From NCBI GenBank assembly GCA_964234715.1, contig OZ174287.1: DNA of 64,000 nt; one strand, 5' to 3'. The DNA is from Podarcis melisellensis. Lineage: Eukaryota. The stretch's first letter is position 1. Each line of letters begins with the position of its first letter. The notes below the pieces were generated by a model. The model ran no database searches. It saw only the letters and a program-made list of their open reading frames with translations, and was not told the origin of the DNA. Positions 1-12,300 of the stretch are shown here, piece after piece. Position numbers and translations under genes: made by a program.

Positions 1-188
1 TGCACTACTTATTTAAGAACAATACTGATCTAAGAACCCCTTATTTCAGCCTTAAATGCATTCCAGACTATTATCAGGTAATTTGGAGACTAACAATAAC
101 TAAAATTCTTTAATATCTCTACTTAGGGTTTCCCTACCTTATGTTTCCTGGAGTACCAAAGAACTGAGCCACCAACATGTCTTATTCA

Positions 189-335
189 GAGAATCATAGA
201 AAAGTAGAGCTGGAGTGGACCACATAAATCATCTAGTCTAACTCCTTGCAGTGCAGGAATCTTTTCCCCAACATGCGGCTCGAACCCATGACCCTAAGGT
301 TAGGAGTCTCCTGTTCTACCAACTGAGCTATAGAG
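189..335 (-). mobile_element. tRNA-Lys-derived SINE with CR1-like tail
   Basis: - strand ATAGCTCAGTTGG...GGGTTCGAGCC (A and B boxes) followed by TCCAGCTCTAC...TTCTATGATTC tail. Confidence 0.8.
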
Positions 336-976
336 GTGGGCTTCATATTCCGTTGTCGTGTGCCAGTAAAGAAATGCGATAGCATGATTTGCCCATGTTT
401 CACCAACTGGTCCCCCCCCCCCCGCCAAAATGAATAGACACACAAATATAGTTACATACAAATGCAAATCAATTCTGGAGTACAACTTGTGCCTCTTTTT
501 ACAATATGAGGTAATCTCTATCCCCTGGACTCATATGACACATACTATTTCAATGCTTTCTTTCTGTGCTTTTGGGAAATTATGCTAGCTATTATGTCTT
601 CTATTGTGAGACTGCATTACAATTACCCACAAGCATCATCTCAGTTTCCTTAAAACAGATCTCTTATTAGCACAGCGTGACCACCAAACCTAATTTAGCA
701 CCATACAGTACATGCTACCCAAAATAATGCTAATAATCTAGTTTCTCACTTTGTAGACTAGCCATCCTTTTTGATTTACTTAGAAACAGATGGTGGGGGA
801 GGGAAATCTTTTAAATATTTTATCAAAGGACCCATAGAAGTCAGAACGATACCCAACATTACATTTTTTCAACCACAAAGACACCTTTTTATGCTTATCT
901 GGAGGTTTAAAATCATTTACATTGTGAGACACAAAACCCATCTCTGGTCCCAGCTGCAAGGTCTGAGTTCTCTCAC

Positions 977-3900
977 CTGCCGTTTTAGCTTACGCTCCTT
1001 CTGTGCCCCATAGTAGGTGAGGATCTTGAAACTGGGGCACCAGCGCTTGATCTCCATCTCCCAGTTCAGTATCACGCTGGTGGGAACGATGATCAGGTGG
1101 GGGCCCCAGCTGCCTACAGGAGCACACAAGCACAGCAGAGAAGCTTCCATGACTCTGGAGACCAAGGCTGCCTCTGTGCCTCACTCCTCAGCCACATGCC
1201 CTCCCCTGAGCAAATCCAGCTCTCTCCCCTCCAGAGCTTGCTCTCCATAGCCCATTTGTTCCCAGAATGGAGCTGTTAAAGCCAAGCTGCCAAAGGGAAC
1301 AGTGACCACTAAAAGCACTGAGAGCATGAATTTTGTTACTCCACATCTTAGGAGGTTTAAGATGCCATCTACTGCTTCTAGCAAGGAGCCCATCCTCACC
1401 CTCCGTTCTCTTCTCAAAGTTCCTGACCCACCCTTTTCGCAGGCCAGATGCGCCAGCAGCGAGATCGTCTGGATTGTTTTGCCAAGCCCCATCTCATCCG
1501 CCAGAATACCATTGAGTTTCTTCTCATACATGGTGACCAACCAGTCCAGACCAATGTGTTGGTATTCTCGCAGTGTCCCACGCAACAGATAGGGAATAGG
1601 CGTCTTAACCTACATGGGAGAAGGGCAATATAATTTGCCTGCTTTATTCCAGTGCAATCCCCTGCAGATTCCCTCTGACTCACCTGCGTAGTATCCAAGG
1701 TATAACCTTTGGGTTGCAGGCTTTCTGCTGCAGCTGCTATGTCTGTGATCTCCTTCTTGGGCCCTGGGGCTGGAGTCGAGTCATTGTCTCCCTCGCCACC
1801 ACGATCCTCATCCTGCTTCAGAAGATACTCAACACCAAAGTCCTCCTCCTGGCTCACAGAGGCTTCTTCCTCCCCGCCTTCCATGGCATCCTCTTCTTCA
1901 CTTTCATCCTGCTCACTCTCCACCTCTTCTGTGGAATCTGAAAGAACTAGCAATGTCAGGACAAAAAGCAGCTGACAACTTATCACTATCATCTTTAAAT
2001 CAGTGCCCTACAAACTACACTGCTCTATACAATAAATCATTTGTTATGTGCCACAATCTCCATCAAGACAAATGCAGCATGTTGTTTTTGGGACAAACGT
2101 TTCTTCAAAAACAAAGTCTGATCCCAAGACTGAGGCAAATACTTGAGGACACCTGCTAAGAATACCTTCTGCTATAAAGAGGAGATAATACAGTGGTACC
2201 TTGGTTTTTGAACAGCTTAGTTCACGAACAACTTGGAACCCGAGTGCTGCAAAACTGGAAGTAGGTGTTCCAGTTTTCAAACTTTTTTTGGAAGTCGAAC
2301 GTGCTCCATTTTGACCCCCGTTTCCTGTTGCGCTGCTGATTTGTGTTTCCTGTTGCGCTAATTTGAGTCCCCCCATTGTAATTCAAGCCTTCCGTTTCCG
2401 TGTTTCCTGTTGTGCTGCTACTTTGCGTCCCCCCCATTGTAATTCTGGCCTTCCGTTTCCGACTGCAGTGTTCTCAGGTGATATTTGGAGCTTATATTTG
2501 GTGTTTTTGTTTTTGCTATTTATTTTGTGTTCTTTGTTTTGAGGCTTTTTCAGTTAATTCGCTTTTATGACTGTGTGGATCCCACTTCAGCTACTGAATG
2601 ATTGTGTGACTGCAGAAATGGATAAAAAAACCCATCCAAACAATGCCTATCATCAGTGCAGGTAAGAATTTTTTTTAATTTTAATTTTATTTATTTTATA
2701 GTACAGTGCATTGTTTATTGCTTTCATTTTATGGATCAATGGCCTCGTAAGATAGTAAGATTCATGCTAAATTGCTGTTTTAGGGGTTGTTTTTAAAAGC
2801 CTGGAACGGATTAATCTGTTTTACGTTACTTTCTATGGGAAAACGCGCCTTGGTTTTGAAAGCTTTGGTTTTGGAACAGACTTCCGGAACGGATTAAGTT
2901 TGAGAATCAAGGTACCACTGTAATTACATACAAGATTCGATTGCTTTCCAAAGTTACAAGACCCATTCCCTTCCTTTATACCTGACTGGCTACTGCTGTC
3001 TTCTTCCTCTGACTCTTCCTCATACTCAGAAGTGCTGGGCTCTGAGGCCTCGGATGACGTGTCCGACTCCTCCATTTCAAAGTCTGAGGTATAGGCGCCA
3101 GCGTATTTCTGTAGCAACTCATCCATGGGCAACTCACCTGCCAAAGCGAAAGAAAGCACAAGATTATGCCCAAACACTAAGATAGATAGTTCTCTTCTCT
3201 GATCCCTGATCATATCCTGTTGAAGTGGCCCTCTGGTTCTGTAACTAGCTACAAATTAGAACAGAGGGTTCCATCTTGGAAACCCCAGCCTAGGTTTTGG
3301 GTTTAATGACTTGTTATCATTTCTGAGCTAACCAAACTTGTCCATCAGTTCAAACCAGTCCCCTTTTAGACTTATATTGGCAATACTGCTTTATTTTCCC
3401 ATGGTTGTGGAAAGAAATGGAAATAGACATAGTGCAACCAATATAGGCCCAACTCAGTTCGCCAACAAGTAAGGTTGGTCTACTAAGTTAGATTACAGGT
3501 TCCAGGGCAACTGGAAACACTTGGGGGTAGGGCAAGAAATACAATACTGAGTTGGGGCAGGTGCTTACCCTGGCCCTACGTCCCTTTAAGAGCAGAAATT
3601 CTGGGAACGATGGTTCACAGACCTAGCAGACATTCGGAAACACAATTTAGTAATAAAGCGAATAGTGTTCAGGGCCCAGGGAATGAAAGTCCTGACCCCC
3701 ATTTGCCACCCCAGCCACCATCTGCTTCCGAACCTTCCTTGGCCAGCTCATCCAGCTCCTGGCTGTGATCCACATCTCCTTCCAGCTTTTCTTCTGCATC
3801 TATTGTTTCCTCTTCATCTTCAGCTACAAGAGGAAGGATGCCCTGTGTTACTGCATGAAAGGATTCCAGCGCTGGTCCCTGCCTCAAGTTTCCAACAGTC

Positions 3901-6900
3901 AACCGCAGACCCAAAATAACAGGCTCACCTTCCTCCTCATTGGCAGTGAACTCCTCATCCTCTTCATCGGGCTTCCAGGGTTTTTTATTCCTCTGAGTAA
4001 CGGGCTTTGGCTTCTCCTGCCAAGTATGAGAAAGGGCTTTCAGACCAAGATGGGAGGCCTTTAGCAGTGCATGTGCATGTTACAGAAAGCAGGACAGAAA
4101 TCTGGCAACAAGTATTCTCAACTAACTTAATCTTTCCTGCTATCTACAGCTAGGCCCTTGCCTGTCCAGGCCCAGCCTGATCCATTGCCTGACTGTGTCC
4201 CTTTCCTACCTGCTGGTGATGCCCATTGAAGTGTGACTGAATGATGGTCTGAATTCTGTAGCTGCATAATTCTAAGTAGAGTTCCCTACGCATCTGAACC
4301 CAAGACTTGCCCATAAACCAGCAGCACACCTTTAACTTCCTGGAAGTCTGTTTTTCGTCCTGCTCCTCTTCCTCTTCACTGTCACCCTCCTCCTCTTCAT
4401 CATTTTCAGAACTAGAGGCACAAGGGGGCACGCTGAAGGAGTTCTCCAAAATTTGGGGTGGCAGTGACTGCAGCAGCTCTTCCAGGGGCAGTTCACTCTC
4501 CTGCTTAAGCAACTCAATCTCCCGTTGCTGAGTCTCTGAATCATTCCCTTCCTGCTGCTCTTCTACTTCGATAGTCTCCTCATCATCCGACTCGTCATGG
4601 GGTTGAAAATCCCCATCTGCCAGAGAAGGAAGAGGGGAGTGGTCAGACGCAATTCCTTGGGGCTTACACAGTCTCTCCTCAAAAGAAGCACACATTACAA
4701 TTCTACCATGTTTGGTTGGGCAGGAGGAGGGAATGGGCCTGGAAGTTCCCCCCTGCAATTACATTCATAGGATGTAAGCCATATAGGGGTATCCGTGTTG
4801 AGCTAGCCCTGGATGGGCTGGGGCTGGGCAGTTTCAGAGAAAAGGGTTGAGACTTTTAAGTTTCTGACCTTCATCCTCAGTGAGGTGACTGGGGTGCGGT
4901 GGGCTAGAGGCAGTAGAGCCCGCATGGGAGCCACCGGTCTTGCTGGGAACTGGAAAGGTCTCATTGAGGCTCTGGGTCAGTAGGTCCGAGTATTTCTCTG
5001 TCTGGCCCACTATAAAGTCTAGCTGCAGGTCCAAGGCTTTTTTCCGTTTTTCCTCCAGACGTGATTGCTGCTTGAATTGCACAACCTGAGGAAAAAAGAG
5101 TTTAGGGGGGAAGTCTCCAAGTTCATTCCTGCAGAATGTGCTGCGCTAGAACTTGCTCTTGAGTTAAAGGCAACATGAGCAAAGAGCTACTATCTTCTCT
5201 AAGTCTTCAGTAGCCCTGTGCACACAGTGCCACTCTTTTCTCTGCAACCTTAACCTTGCAAATTTTTCAAAGCTATTAAAAAGCACTTTGTTACTCATGT
5301 AAAAGCAGGAAACCCCACTTTAGTTATTTGGAACAGTAACTCCAATTACAAGTAATAAAAGCAACTGATGTTTTGAGACAGAGCAGAACAATTCATTTCA
5401 CTGCTGTGGAGAATAAACAAGAGTATAATTTGCCTCGCCTTTTTAATACGAATGCAGAAGTGAAGAATGAATGAGACTGGACATAAATATATAACAGACA
5501 AAACCTCCAACTAACTGCATGCTTTATGTGTTTGAAATTCTGGTTTGTTATACTTTATGTATTTTGTCTAAATGAAGTCATTCATATGTGAGTGTATGCA
5601 TGTATGTATATGTGTGTGTGTATATATCTATATATATGTATATATACACACACACACGTTTACCTATACGCATATATTAATTAGAGAAATTCCACCAACA
5701 AACTATGAAGTCAAGAGATTCACTCAACCCTTCTATGGGTGAATCCACAGTATTTTTGATTAGGCAGAGTAGAGGCAACCAGCTCCAGACACCTGGCTCC
5801 AGGTGTGGCTCCTGTATTCAGGAGCAAGGCCTGCATGCTGCTTTTATGATGCCAGACAGATTCCTCACATACCTTCTCTACGTTGCTCCAGAATTGCTTG
5901 ACCTCTTTGGCGATGGACGAGGCAATACGGCGCAGCTTGGCCTGCTCCTCCCGTTTGGCTCGTTCTTCTTTTTGCTTCTGCTCTTCGTGGTGTCTGATCA
6001 CCATGCGCACCACCTGCAAGCAACAAAGGAGAGAAGGATCATGTTAATAATCAGAAGTCTTCACAGATTTCCACGGCTCTAAACAGTCCTTCCTAAATCT
6101 GGGTCGTAGGGAAGAGCTAGCTCCACTTCACTAAAGTGGATGGAAACCCTAGGGGCACACATATTATATTGCTTTTCTGCAACAGCACAAGCCACAAGCC
6201 TGAGGTGTTACAAAATTGCACGATTATGAAATGCCCTTAAACCCAGAGATTGGAATGCATGAGTGAAAACTGACTGAAAGAGATGGGTTAAATGTTTGGA
6301 GATTGGCAGCTGTTTCCATCAAACTCACCTTCCTCGCAACACCCCTCTTCCATCGGCGCTCTTGGGCAAAGTCAGCAGAGAGCCACTGCATCTCCTCGCA
6401 AAGATAATCCCAGTGCACTTTGGGCCGGACTGGCTCAGGCACCTTCGACAGTCGTTTCATGGACCAGAACCCTTCCTTCTTCATTTCTGCGATGCGGTTT
6501 TCAATCTCTGCCTCCTGGAATACATCCCCCAAGTCAGTTAGCCCAAAACACTGTATCCCTGTGAACTGCAGCTTGGAACGACAAGCTAAACAGAATGTTA
6601 ACTTAGATTGCGAATGTTCGTGCCCAACTCAAGAGAGCAGAAGGGGCCAAATGATCCCTGGACCCTGCGTGGCTTACATGCTTGGCCTGCTCAGCAATCT
6701 CCGCGTGTGTCTTGTCCCACATGCTTGCAGGGTCCGGGGAGGTGTACATCCCGGGCGACACAAGGGCTCTGTTCTGTGTCTTGGGAACATCAAAACCTGG
6801 GTGACTGTCCAGCGAGGAGTCGTGGGTGAGATGTGGTGGTGAGATGCTGCCCGTTGAGGCAGGTGAGCCCGAGGAGGCTGGTGACACTGGGTTACTGCCT

Positions 6901-7257
6901 GTCATTCTGTCCGATGCAGTCTGAGATGAACAAGAGGAGACAAACGAGGGTAGAAAATTATTATTGTGGCCTTAAAGGAACCCAACAGCTCTGGGGAGCT
7001 TGTCTAGGTAGAGTATCAGAGAAGAGCATCCCTTGTTCTGACTCTCACAGATGCTCTTTGTAGTACAACGCTCATCCACATACTTCATTAAAGCAGTCAA
7101 AATTCATTCCGAAGACCCCTAATGAACTACAGTGCTTTGAAAAACTGTAATCCAGTAAGCGGCCTCAAAACACAGGGCCTTACACTGGGATTCCCCTCAC
7201 CTCCAACTCTACCTGTGGGTGCAGCGCATGTTGCTGTTGGGGAGGACTGCTCTGCAT
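977..7257 (-). CDS. SRCAP: Snf2-related CREBBP activator protein (H2A.Z-loading remodeller), 5' part; gene continues past the left edge
   Basis: Coding exons with consistent phases: 7257-7201 (alt donor 7213), 6920-6678, 6514-6329, 6013-5873, 5085-4869, 4616-4330, 4016-3929, 3823-3734, 3137-2982, 1937-1684, 1609-1432, 1113-977. Peptides: MQSSP start, HSA domain ([23 protein letters not shown]) and SNF2 ATPase motifs ([36 protein letters not shown]). Confidence 0.97.
2191..2920. mobile_element. Tc1/mariner-pogo (Tigger-like) non-autonomous DNA transposon
   Basis: TIRs CAGTGGTACCTTG / CAAGGTACCACTG, TA on both flanks, internal ~60-bp tandem duplication at 2320-2460. Confidence 0.88.
5598..5656. 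repeat. Compound (TA)/(TG)/(CA) microsatellite
   Basis: Seen directly in the sequence. Confidence 0.9.
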
Positions 7258-8520
7258 TTTAGTTCTCTCTTGCTCTTTGCCTCTCGTCCCAACAGCTTCG
7301 TTTGCGGTTGTAGTGCTGGCTTCCTGCTCCAGTGCATGCTCGGAACCGGCCTCATTCTGGTCAGCCAGCCACTGGGACGAGCCGTCCAGCTCCTGGGTTC
7401 CTTGGCAGCCCAGCCTGCGCTCGGGACTGCCTGTCTCAGAATTATCTAGAGATTCATGAAGAGGAATCAGTCGCATTGTGATCAGAGACAGACTGAAAAG
7501 AACTGAAAGACACCCACTCAAGAACAACCTAAAGGAAGATTTTCAGAGGAAGTGAAATTAAACGTCAAAATGACATTAGCATGCCCTCTGCCTACAATTT
7601 TACTTTCCTTTAACACAAAGGACTAAAGCACTAAAAATTAAAGAAGGAAAGTAATGCACCTTAAAAGCAGCTATTAACTAAAGAGCATAAATGTAAACCA
7701 AACAGTTCCCAGCTGATCAAATCTCATTTCTCACTAGGTTTTTTTCAAAAAAGAAGCTGTGAGTATAAATATGATTTGATTAATGATTACAGTGAAGGGA
7801 GGAGGGGTTCTTTTTTCCTTTTTTGTTGCTGTTGCCAAAATCAGGGCAGCCCCAGAAAAATTTGCTTGGGAGCCGGATCAGGCCCCCCCAAACTGGGGGT
7901 TAGCCTCTCCCAATTTACGATATACAAGAGATCTGGTGGCAGAACCCAGTAGAAAATTAATATATCCAACACAGTAGCTATCAAAAACACAACAGCATTA
8001 GAAAATCTCCGTTGCTAAGTTTGTACACACAAGCAAACATTTTCTGTTACAGAATAAATGTTTGGGTAATGTGAAAAAATGTTTTCTCTCAAAGTTTGCA
8101 TTTAAAACTTTAATATTTAGACATAAAAGATGTAAACCCTGCCTACAAGTAGAGGATTCCCCTATCTTTCTCCACTGGATACATATTCTACTGTTTAGTA
8201 CTAAATGCCTAGACTTTCCAAAAATTTCCAGGGGAGCTATGAACAGATACTGTAAATTTTATTTCATTCCTTTGAGCTGCTTTTTATATCCCTCCATCAT
8301 ATCTCAACAAGCAAATTAAGTTTAGCTGTGGCCAAGCCAGATTCCAGTACATAATAAACTCTGGCCCATCAATATAGATGTTGGTGACAGAAAAAGCATT
8401 TTGAAAAGAAAATAAATCCAACACTGAGCTCAGAAAAACAGCCAAAGATTTAGATTTGCTTGATGTTCCTGCTTAAAACCCTGTTGCCAATTCCCCAATG
8501 GTATTCAGTTTCACCTGTAC

Positions 8521-8594
8521 CTGCGTGAGCTGCGAACTCCTCTTGCTTGTCAGGCTGAACTTCCAGGGTTTCGCTTTCCTGGGGAATACTACAC
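8521..8594 (-). other. SRCAP: SRCAP exon 2 (5'UTR in the canonical form, coding in the predicted long form)
   Basis: Acceptor ttttttttcag|G at 8594; donors CAG|gtacag (8521) and CAG|gtgaaa (8515); open frame RCSIPQESETLEVQPDKQEEFAAHA. Confidence 0.75.
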
Positions 8595-8738
8595 CTGAAA
8601 AAAAATGGAACCGTTAGTCCAGAGAACATTTTGTGTGTGCGCGCGTGTGGTAGATGCACAGCAACCTATTCCTTTAGGTAAGGATCATTCAAACTTGCTC
8701 TTGGGACCCTGAACGACTCTGCCAAAGGGTAGATCAAA

Positions 8739-8872
8739 CCCTGTCTCTCTTTTATTGTTACGCAGACAGCATGGGAATAGCCGGCCCACGGGTTACGGTG
8801 GAGAGTTTTACTGTATGCACCAGCTACCAAATTCAAGCCTATGAAAAGAGGCAGGAACCTGTTTGGGGTGCA
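8739..8872 (-). ncRNA. SNORA30: Box H/ACA snoRNA, SNORA30/SNORA37 family
   Basis: 134 nt, intronic, sense to SRCAP. 5' hairpin closed by TGCACC/GGTGCA and containing ATTTGGTAGCTGGTGC, as in SNORA30 recalled from memory. H box ACAGTA (8814-8809), 3' hairpin CTCTC/GAGAG, ACA box 3 nt from the end (8744-8742). Human SNORA30 is hosted by SRCAP. Confidence 0.85.
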
Positions 8873-9328
8873 GTTTGGTGAACCACTAGAATTATCTCAC
8901 TTTCCCATCCACTTTACAGATTCTGAGTTGTCTAGCAGTCTCCTTTTCACTCACTCCCATGCCTAGGTATCCAGAGCCCAAAATCTTCTCAGTATCTGGG
9001 GCGACCCAGCTAGATGAGTGGAGTATAAATAATAAATTATTTTTATTTTGCTTCCAATGTACCCACCTTTGCTTCAGAAGCGTCAATATTCTGCACGTCA
9101 CCCTCATATCATTATCCCAGGGAAGTTTACTTCCCTTCTTGGCTTCATTCTTTTGAGAGAGATCTACAACCCATTCATCCTGCAAGCTGAGATTTTGCAA
9201 CTCAACTCTATTGCTATAGCATCCTATTAACTCTCTGCTTCTATAGCTCAATTTTGTCCCTAGCTCATAAATAACCCACTATCTCCCAAACCTTTTGTTC
9301 CTTCCCTCTCACTCCACACTTAACCCAG

Positions 9329-12300
9329 TTACCTTGTAATTCTACCTCCCTGGCCTGACCCTGCTGGCTCCATATCCTGCTTCAGCCTCTCAGCCAGCCC
9401 CTGCCCTTCTACTTCCAATCCTGACACAGCCTCACCCTCCACATGCTGTGCCAGCCTCAGCGCCCTCTGTTCAACCTGCCCCAGAATGGAACTAGTCTTA
9501 ACAGAACTCAATGGAATAGTATCAATGGGACTTTCAGCCACCTTCACTCCCTTCACATGCAAACCAGCTGGGCCTTCGCCCCACATTGCCCGCCTCATGG
9601 CATTGTACCTTTTAATTGCAATTCCCATTACCCCATCCCGCCAATCTTTCAACTCTTGCTTTCCTGTTAACAGGCCTGGACTTCGTCTCTCTGCCATAGA
9701 GTCAGGACTGTCTGCTTTTGAGCCATGAACTGTTACAGAGAGTCGAGACACTGTCTGCTTAGATCCCAACACGTCCTTCAGCCAGTGTACGTTGGCTGAG
9801 TGGCTTGTAAGCCCATACACCCTTCTTCCCATCCCAGACACTGGTGGCTCAGGACTTGGTCCTGCTGACTTTACTGCTCCCTGACCTGTCACCATCATGT
9901 TTATTCGTTCTTTTATTCCAGCCCGCAATGGCCCTAAAGAAAGTCCATGCCCGGACCCAAGGCCTGCAGTCCAACCAGAACCTGGTCGTATTGTCGAATA
10001 ATCTTGTGTCAGTGGCCTACCAAGCCATGGCAAGTACATTCCTTCTGGATGTTGCCTTGCTCTGTCATCAACATCCTTGGCCAGTATCTCCAACTCCTTA
10101 ACTATCTGTTCCTGCCTCTGTGGTTCTGCTGGGGTCTGATCAAATCCCTTTCCTGCCTCCTCCATCACAGGAACCTGCTGAAAGCTCTCTATCCTGTTAT
10201 CTGCCTCAGAGAAACATGACATCCCTTCCCGTCCAATTCTGTACCCCATCATAACCACCGGCTCACCTACTTTAACCCTAATTGCACGAGACCTCAATTC
10301 AGCTGATCGTGTCTCCCTCTGATCTAATTCATCCTTTCCCAGTTGCGTACGAGCCTCCTTAATCATTCCCTTTTGCCGAGCCATTGCTGTTAAACTGGTC
10401 ACAATCAACCCTGGAGCCCTGTGCTCCAGCACTCCACGACGGAATCCACATGAGCGTGTTGCCCCTTGATGTGGTACCAGTATTGGCCCTTGCCGTAATC
10501 CTGCCAACCCTGAAATTATTTTCCCCTTCAACTTGCGACGTTCCTCTTGACTTCCTATGGCAGTGCGCTGTGACAAATGTGATGACAGCACTGAGGAACC
10601 TGATTTATTCAATTCAGCCACCTTCAGGCTTGTTTCCACTTGACCTTGGGCCAGGTTCGTATCAGATGCCAACCAGGTGACTCTGGTATCTTCTTCACTT
10701 GGTTTTGCCCTTTGACTCAATATCCCCTCCCTGGAAGGCACGCCTGCCATCTCCTGAGTTGGTCCTCCCAACTGTTCTTCTAATTCTGGGCTCCAAACTA
10801 ATGTCTTCTCCTGAGAGGATACCTTTCTTCCCATAGTACCTTGATGCTGCTCAGTCAACGCAATCTCACCTACACTTGTAACCTCCACTACTGGCCCCTG
10901 AAATGGTTCCACCAGCACCTTAGTATCACTCTGATCCCTGAATAATGCCTCTCTTATTTCTCGAGATTCCTCCCTAGTAACCCTCTCAGTTGAACCCAAC
11001 TGCTTGGCTTCTCCCTGATCAAGTCCTACTTGCTCTTTTGTCTCCCTTTGTTCTGGTTCTGCTAGCTCTCCAACTTTCTCCTGACTAGTTCCTAGTTTCA
11101 CCTCTTCTCCAGGCCCCATCTCCTGACTTTGCACAAGTTCTTCCTCCTGGCCTCCAGTTTCTTCTTGTGATCCAGCTACTCTCACTGGTGCTCCCACCGC
11201 CTCCTTCCTTCCTTCTTCCTGACCCACTGCACTCATCTTTTCTGTTTCCCTCTGAGCTGCTCCTATCACTTGCTCAGCCACATCAAGAGCCGCGTGTATC
11301 ATATCCTCCTTGACAGTCACCTCCTCAGTCTCTACCTGACTTGTCACTACCAAACCCTCCCCCTCAATAAATGCTACATCTCTCTTTGAAGTTGCCACCT
11401 CTGCCTCCCTCTTATCTTCCCCTTCCTCCACTGTGGCTACCATACTGCCAATCTCACCCTGACTTATCCCAGCCAAATCCTCAACTTGCTTTTGATCTTC
11501 TACTGATTCCACATCTTTCTCTGCAGCCACCTCTTCTGCCTGCTTTTCATCTATTCTTGGTGATCCCTGATCCAGTGTTGATGCCATACTTTCTTTTTCG
11601 GTCTTACCCTCAACTTCTTCCTGACTTGCCACCACCAAATGCTCAGCCTTCTCCTCAGCTGCACCTGCCTCTCCCTCAGCAATCACCAACTCTGACCCCC
11701 TCAGATCTTCTTGTAGGACTTCAGCTTTAACTTGATCCATTGATGGTGCCACCTCCTCTGCTTCTCCCCTGCTTGACTTCACCAAGTCTTCAACTTCCCC
11801 CCAACCCTCTGATGATGCCAAATCTCCTTCCACAATCATGCTTTCAGCCTCTCTCTGATCTACTCCAGATACCCTGTCTTCCCTTTCAATTTCCTCACCA
11901 AGTCCCTCCTCACCTGGTCCAACAGTCATCTCCGCCTCCCTCTTACCCAAAACTGGTTCCTCCTCTCCAGTCAACACCTCAATTTCCCCCTGACCTAGTC
12001 CTACCAACTCCTCCTCACCCCTTGCTAATATTGCATCTTCCTCTGCAGTCACTTCCTCTAGCTCTCTCTCATTTACATCTGGCACCTTCTCAGTTTGCTC
12101 ATAGTCAATTGCAGGTGCCACATCCTTTTCCTTTCCAGTGACCTCTAGGATCTCCCCTTGACCCAGTCCTGACAACTCCTCCATTTCTCCATGATTATCT
12201 GTTGATTCGCCTTCTTTGTCACTCTCTCCCACCTCCACCGACTCTGGCATCTTTTCAGCCTCCCCCACTGCCTCATCTTCCCTGACAGTTGCCTCAGCTT

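Noticed and set aside
262-335. tRNA-Lys-like gene on the - strand
   Set aside because: Stems are degenerate, it is fused to a CR1-like tail and a second copy lies at ~52400, so it is a SINE head.
4215-4240. GTCAC..TCAATGGG resembling the 3' end of SNORA30 in SRCAP intron 8
   Set aside because: No ACA box, H box or 5' hairpin; at most a relic.
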